The notes beneath the pieces were generated by a model, which had not been told where the DNA came from, did not search any database, and worked only from the letters and a program-made list of their open reading frames with translations. A program made the position numbers and the translations under genes. Below, in pieces: positions 57,601 to 64,000 of a stretch of DNA of 64,000 nucleotides. This stretch comes from Schmidtea polychroa (taxonomy: Eukaryota), in the NCBI GenBank assembly GCA_044892525.1, contig CM097886.1, positions 44,516,001-44,580,000 of the forward strand. Direction: 5' to 3'. The first letter of the stretch is position 1; the number at the start of each line of letters is the position of its first letter.

Positions 57601-57988
57601 TTGCATCCTCTAATTTTTTCCAAAATACTACTACATGCTGTACATTTCATATATTTTCCGTTTTTAATTTGTTCCTACAAAAATAAATAAGCTAATTAAA
57701 ATAAAAAAAACAATTCACTTCTATATGTGTCATAGTTTTTAGGTCAATATCAGAATTTCTTTTATCAAGCAGATATGTTTCACATGTTTCAGAGTTTTTA
57801 TGAATGACTTTGCATGTTATACAATTCAATGATTTACAAACTGGACAGACAAAACTTTTCAAATTTGGATCACAAATTCCAAAATATTTACAATCCGGAG
57901 TTTTGCAATGAAAAATATTTCCAATTTCCGCTTTGGCCAATGCTAAACTTTTTTCATGGAAAATTCCATAATCTTGCTCATTTAAAAT
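54529..57988 (-). CDS. RBCK1: HOIL-1/RBCK1-like RBR E3 ligase, paralogue 2 (last three exons; 5' exons not found in the window)
   Basis: Exons 57988-57719, 57674-57531 and 54618-54529 join in frame; intron positions identical to paralogue 1. Confidence 0.9.
56011..56951. mobile_element. PIF/Harbinger-type MITE (outer), with an internal second left end near 56118
   Basis: GGGGTCATTGCATAATTAC / GTAATTATGCAATGACCC; internal duplication ggtcacatttctgttgatccaccc. Confidence 0.75.
56449..56895. mobile_element. PIF/Harbinger (Tourist) MITE, 447 bp, nested
   Basis: 25-bp perfect TIR GGGAGCATCCATTAAGGACGTCCCC; TTA TSD on both sides. Confidence 0.93.
57407..57492 (+). repeat. 22-bp direct repeat, 64 bp apart
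   Basis: tcgatggactacctcagaaatt at 57407-57428 and 57471-57492. Confidence 0.9.
57531..57674 (-). CDS. RBCK1: Paralogue 2 RING2 exon
   Basis: ttgtag|GAA...AAA|gtaaat; EQIKNGKYMKCTACSSILEKIRGCNWVKCPNCKLELCWILKIPRWGPK; 144 nt. Confidence 0.93.
57719..57988 (-). CDS. RBCK1: Paralogue 2 IBR exon
   Basis: tttaaag|ATT...GAA|gtgaat; ILNEQDY..FHCKTPDC..CPVC..NCITC..H..TC; 270 nt. Confidence 0.93.
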
Positions 57989-58699
57989 CTTTAAAAAATA
58001 AGTAGAATATCCTTTATTTTATATTATAAATTATTTATTTTATATTATAAATTAATGAATAATCAATGAAATCATATTTATTTAATCCTTTTTCAAAGCT
58101 ATACACCAGAGGACAATTGAAGATGGTTAAAAGATTAATAATATAAATAAAACCTACCTATAATAAATGTTTGTATGTCTGTCTGTCATAGCCAAGTGAT
58201 TTTAATAATGGATTTAATAATAGATTTTCTGCAATACTTCAGTTAGTTAATGTAGAACTCTAAAAACCAGATTAGAGTAATTTGAGAAATTACTATCATC
58301 ACATTATTGGTTGTTTTTACTAGGATGTTTATCGGTAAACATCTTGTGGACGGAAGCTAGTGAAAGGTGGTAACGTATTGAACGCCCCGTTGTCTACGTT
58401 TGACATTCCTCTGCATGTATGCGCCATTCTTGCAACAGGTAAGTCAAGTAACCACTACGGGCAAAAGTAAAATCGATATAAGAAGACCGGAAGCTGCGTC
58501 AACTGTTTTGATTTGTTCATAGTTCCAAACTTTTAATACCAAATGTAAAAAATAAAGTTACGGATATTCATGATGCAATTATTTTAAATATGCCGAATGA
58601 AAACAATTTTAAAAAAATAAAAATTGATGACGATAAAAAGAATACGAAAATAATTGTACTCAGATTTTATCGATCGATGACGTGAAAAATTAAAAATGC

Positions 58700-61600
58700 A
58701 GAAAATATGATATATGCACATAATGAAAAGAATAGAATATTTGATACATGTGACTGTAGAATACAAAATAGAAGTGGGTGGACGTCCAAGTGTAATAATA
58801 GGCATAAATAATTACTTTAAGAATTGTTTGGTGGATACAGGAGCTAGAATGAATGTGATTGATAGTTCGATTATAAAAAAGATCGAAAATCCAGCTTTAA
58901 ACGAACACTGAGAAAAAATTTGGTGCGCAAATGGTCCATTAAAAACTTTGGGAAGAATCAAGCTTAGAATAAATATAGGAAGTGGAGAAGAATATATTGT
59001 TTTTGTAGTAGTTGAAAATGTATCTCCATAGATAATTGGAGGAATCGATTTATTAAGTAGGTTTGACATAAAACTAATGAAATTTTTCGAAAATATATGC
59101 GTAAATGCAACCAAATATAATAATATAGAAATATGCAACATTGAAGCCAAATTTGGGAGAAGAGCGAGCGATGAACTTCGATTTAAAAGAGCAATAGAAT
59201 TAATAAGATTAAGGTGTGACAATAAGCTTTATGGAGTAATAAAAAATGCCGCAGTATTTATGATAGATTAGTGGGATATAGGCAAAACCAATCTATTAAA
59301 GCATGATATTAAAACTGTTGAAGGGCCAATCCATTTGAACTCAAGAAGACAACCAGCCCACTTAGAAGAAAGATTGAAGAAGCTATTAAAAATTTGGAAG
59401 AAAACGGCATAATTAGGATGTGCGGCTCACCATGGAATACGCCGTTAGTATGTGCCTGGAAGAAGGAAATAAAATGACAGTTTAAATAAAATGACAGAAA
59501 GACAAATCTTCCCAATGCCTAATATCGAACAGATGCTAGATTCATTAAATGGATCAATGTACTTTAGCACCATTGATCTGGAAAGCGCGTATTATCAGGT
59601 TGAAATGACAGTAAATTCGCAAGAAAAGACAGCGTTCTCAACAAGATCTGGGCAGTTTTACTTTAATAGGATGCCATTCGGGATTGCTGCTGCTCCAGCT
59701 ACATTCCAAAATTTAATGAATATGGTTTTAGGAAATTTATTATGGAAAATTGCTATAGTGTATTTAGATGATATTTTAATATTCTCAAAACACAAAGAAT
59801 ATCATATAAAAAGAATAAATGAAGTACCGTATTTTAGCGCATATAACGCGCACGGTATCTGATTACAATAAACAATAAAACCGATGGTAGGGTTACTGTC
59901 ACATCATAAAAATATTTCCACTGGCAATGCCGCCACGTGTAAAATATAAATCATAAAGCGCGCATCCACAGATACCGCGCATGGGGGGTGCACGGTTTGT
60001 AAAAATGCGTATAACGTGCGCGTTATATGCGCTAAAATACGGTATTAGAAAAAATACAAGCTGGATTGAGAATAAATCCTGAAAAATGCAAATTGTTGGT
60101 GAAGGAGACAAAATTTCTTGGTCACATTATAACTTGTGATGGTGTTAAAGTCGATGAAGCTAAAATAGAAGCAATAAAAGAGTTTTAAAGACCAAAATGT
60201 TTAAAACAATTGAGGAGTTTCTTAGGACTGTAATTATTACAGAAAATTTATAAAGAATTATTCGAAATTCGCAAGAATATTAGAATCAATGTGCGGAAAC
60301 AATAAATTTATGTCAATAAAGTTTTTGAGGAATTGAAGAAAGCACTATCACTACACCAGTTCTAATATATTCTGATTATGAGAAAGAATTTATTTTGGAT
60401 ACGGATGCTAGTTTCGACACCATAGGAGCTTTTGTCACAGATTGATGATCTAGGTAATGAACGTGTTATTGGCAATGGTTCAAATACGATGAGTAAATAT
60501 GAAATAGGATACTGTATCACGAGAAAGGAACTTTCAGCAATTTATTACTTTGCACAGGATTTTAAGCACTATCTTTACGGCAAGCGATTCCAGCTAAGAA
60601 AGGACCACAAGGCTATAACATTTATGACGACAACTAAAAAACCTATAACGACACAATTTCAGACATGGATAAACTTGTTAAATAGTTTAGATATGGATAT
60701 TAAATATCGAAAAGGAATTGACCATTCGAACGCTTACGCGTTATCGAGAGATAAATGTGGAAGAAGTACACAGTGTATGGAAATTCATGAAGATGCAAAG
60801 AATCAGAAAGTAAAAGTCAGAATGTTGGCAATGACAGCTACTAAACATGGATTGCAATAGCAAAAAGGTAATGAAGAGATAGAACATATGAGAAAAGCAA
60901 TTGATAAAATTGAGATTACAAGATTTAAAATCAACGAAGATTTAATTTTAATAAGAGAAAATAAAATTTGGATTCCAAAAGAAAATAGGATAGAATTTGT
61001 CAAAGACATGCAGAAAATGCTGTGTCACTCTGGATGTAAGAAGGTAATCGATTATATAAAAGTTAATTACGATATGGAGGAATTAAATACAATCGCGACG
61101 CAATAAATGTCAGAAACGAAAAACTTTGACAACAAAAACAAAAGAAATAATTGTAAAAGTGGCGGAACCGTTTGAGGTTATAGCGATAGATGTTTGTGGA
61201 CCTTTGCAGGCAAACATTCATGGAAAGAAATATATTTTGGGAATTATAGATATGTGTAGTCGATACATTACGTTGACAGCAGTAGCAAAGCAAGACGAAA
61301 AAACTACAGCGGATACTATTGTGAAATTCTGGATATTAAAATACGGGCACCGAGAATTATTCATGTTGATTGTGGAAAATCATTTGAGTCTATTGATTCT
61401 TTGAAAATACAGCTACAATTTTCTAGCCCTTATCGTCATAACACTAATGGTTTGATTGAAAGACAATTTCGAACAATACGAGATTTTATCAGTACATAAT
61501 TGAAAGATAAACTTAAGAGGAATTGGGTTAAAATGTTACCTGAAATTGAGTTTACTTTAAATGCTACTATTCAAAGAATCCACCTGAAGCAGTATTTGGT

Positions 61601-62151
61601 TTCCGGATATCTAGAGAATGGAAAAATAATAAAAGAATATACAACGATAGAAGTAAAATAGTGGAGGAAGTGCAATCAAAACAAAGAAATTTAAATTATA
61701 AAAATGAGAACCGGATACACCGAGATTTTGATATAAATGAAGAAGTTTTAGTTAAAGTAGATTTGAGAAAAAAAGAAGAAGACCGATATACATGATCTTT
61801 TGTCGTTGTTAGAAAGATCTATGCAAATAGTTAGAGATGGAATAATAAAAAAAATTAAAGGAGATGGAAAAATTATAATTCGCAACATTGAATGGCTAAA
61901 ATCTTTTAAACAGGGGAGATGTTAGGGATATTTAAATAATTAATTTATAAATAAAATATATATTGTATTATAAGTATCAAATACTATTATATAGTAAAAG
62001 TATAATAAGTATAAATGTTGGCACGCATAATTATCATTATTATTAAATTAATTAATTCACCATTTAAATCAGTTGTTTTAATAATACCAGATTTAGGCAA
62101 TCGATTTGTATTTAAATATATTTTTAGATAATTAAACTTCAATTATTAACA
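58700..62151 (+). mobile_element. Heavily decayed Ty3/Gypsy pol plus 232-bp LTR (TGTTA...TAACA, 61920-62151)
   Basis: LVDTGA, YLDD, TDAS, RKELSAI, IDVCGP remnants with many stops; PPT AAACAGGGGAGA before the LTR. Confidence 0.88.
59827..60042. mobile_element. Tc2/pogo-type MITE (216 bp) inserted in the Gypsy RT
   Basis: 27-bp perfect TIR CCGTATTTTAGCGCATATAACGCGCAC; TA TSD; removal restores INEV|LEKIQ.AGLRINPEKC. Confidence 0.94.
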
Positions 62152-62392
62152 ATGGTTACAAGAAGGGCTATTATAGATTAAGTAAAACTGCAAGACAGTG
62201 GGAATTCCTACTTAAAGGGTTTGAGTGTAATATGGATTATGATTAAGAGCTAAAATAAATCGTTAAAATCGAGAAATCAGGTCGAATCCATGCTCAAATT
62301 TTTAAGGTTGACTTCAAACGACTTCAATATTATAGAAAACTTAAAACTCAAATCAGCGAGAAAAGGCGGATCCCTGTTCAAAACTTTCAAAG

Positions 62393-64000
62393 TAGGGTTT
62401 GCAATCCCGGGATTTCGGAATTATATTATCGGAATCCTTGGACCAATCGCGAGATTGGAATTCGAGTATTATCATATTTTAAATTACTTAATAAAAATGA
62501 AAACATAAATAAAAATTCGTTTAATATTAATATTTATTGATACAATTACAAATATGAAATACTACTTAATGAAAAAAAAATTATTTTTTGTGTTTCTTAA
62601 GAGGCTTTTAAAAAACACAGCTCGTCCAGCGTTGTATCTTTCAAACGACTTCTTATTTTTGTTACAAATTGGCCTGTCGAAGAAAATGCTCGTTCAGACT
62701 CTACACTAATATGTTCTTTCCAGATAGTCACCACGTCTTCCTCCGTTTTCAAACAGATACATTTCTTTTTGAATTTTTGATGACAGTGACTCAAATCTAA
62801 CTGACTGCATTGGTACATATTCTTCTTTAATAATTTTATCTAGTTCTTCTGCTAAACTTAATGAATTTTGTGCACAAATTTATTCGGTTATTTTATCAGG
62901 AATTCGAACATTTTATTATTTCAAGCAACTCCGCTATTAATTTACATCTATTTGCAGAAGGAACTGCGACAAAATCTTTCCCTGGGACATTGTAAGTACT
63001 GTAGTAACACGCTTAGATCTCTGCGTCGTTCTTCCATACGAAGAATGCAAAATTCATAAAATTTGTTACTTATAGTACTGTTTGCATCTCTAAGCTTCTT
63101 TAGCATAAAATTTATGGCTATATCTCGGCGACAGAGTGCTTCAACAGTTGCTTTTACTGGTAGAAGAGATGTAATTATATCAAATATCAATTGGATATAA
63201 TCATGAGATAAATCTAGTGACTTATCTGTATTTCTTATGTCCATTAATACTTTCTGTAAGAAATATTTCAGAAAATAGAAACGATTCACCATTAGAAAAA
63301 GACTGCTCCATCTAGTCTTGCAGTCTTTTAATAAGACAATATCCTTAACAAATTCTGTTTGAACATGTTGTAATAAATCATACATTGTTGGATATATTCT
63401 GAATATTGTTGTGATTTTTCGCACCTTATGCGGCAGTGGACCAATTCTTGTTTCGCTTATCTCATTTCTTCCATGATTCTGACTACTGGCAAAGCAGCCT
63501 TCGTTGTTAAAAATATCTGACTCTTGGTACGAGTCACTCTCAGCACCTGTGATATAAATTTCTTCTTCATTATATGGCTGATCTGATTCAATTTGTAGCT
63601 TAGTATAAATTACACCATGTGCGAAACACAACTGTTGATCTACAGATAATATTCTGCCCACTTTTCTCATCACACTTGCTCCATTTGTTATAATAGCTAC
63701 AACGTCAGTATGTAAATTAAGTTTATGTGTTTCAAGTTTTTCTTCCAATAATTCAATACAATTTCAGCTGATAATGATCCACATATCCACAATAGTACCT
63801 AAGCTCAAAAAATTGGATATTCCTCCATGTACAATAACATTTAAATATGTCGATTTCGTAGCAACGTCCATTCATCAAAGGATAAAGAAAATCTTTTTCC
63901 TACATGTCCATAAACTTTTTTATCAGAGATTTCATTAATGATAGAGTTTCTTAATTTATTACTATAATCTATAACAATTTTCCGCACTGTGTTAGCTGTT
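62393..64000 (-). mobile_element. Decayed Ac-like hAT transposon running off the window end
   Basis: TIR TAGGGTTTGCAATCCCGGGATTTCGG at 62393; ITNGASVMRKVG..QLCFAHG, DCKTRWSSL, SVESERAFS..KIRSRL. Confidence 0.9.

Noticed and set aside
58080-58250. Candidate RING1 C-half exon for paralogue 2
   Set aside because: No frame gives the C-x2-C...C-x4-C pattern with phase 2 to 0 boundaries; the upstream exons probably lie beyond 64000
1-64000. CRISPR arrays, rRNA/tRNA genes, telomeric arrays, prokaryotic operons
   Set aside because: No regularly spaced repeat-spacer units, no tRNA cloverleaf or rRNA-like segment, only scattered single TTAGGG; spliced genes and eukaryotic TEs show the DNA is eukaryotic

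Overview
Strongly AT-rich eukaryotic scaffold window with GT-AG spliceosomal introns and one 339-N gap. It most likely comes from an invertebrate animal; the taxon cannot be determined from the sequence. The only host genes I can reconstruct are two tandem, minus-strand HOIL-1/RBCK1-like RBR E3 ubiquitin ligase paralogues, which the ORF track shows only as small fragments. The first is an 8-exon gene spanning 37132..7602 (about 423 aa). It carries an internal duplication that gives a RING1-IBR-RING1-IBR-RING2 architecture with all Zn ligands and the catalytic Cys intact. The second is represented by its last three exons (57988..54529). Most of the remaining window is transposable-element sequence. 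This includes an apparently intact, very compact 4565-bp Ty3/Gypsy element with identical 115-bp AGTTA...TAACT LTRs, a gag ATG inside the LTR and a covarying -1 frameshift pseudoknot. There are also two decayed Gypsy relatives and two REL-endonuclease (NeSL-like) non-LTR retrotransposons, one encoding C2H2 fingers and a catalytically dead Ulp1/SENP-like protease domain. DNA-transposon material comprises several hAT lineages, IS630/Tc1, pogo/Tc2, Chapaev3-like, MULE and Harbinger fragments and MITEs, often nested. Microsatellites and long-LTR-like remnants fill the gaps.
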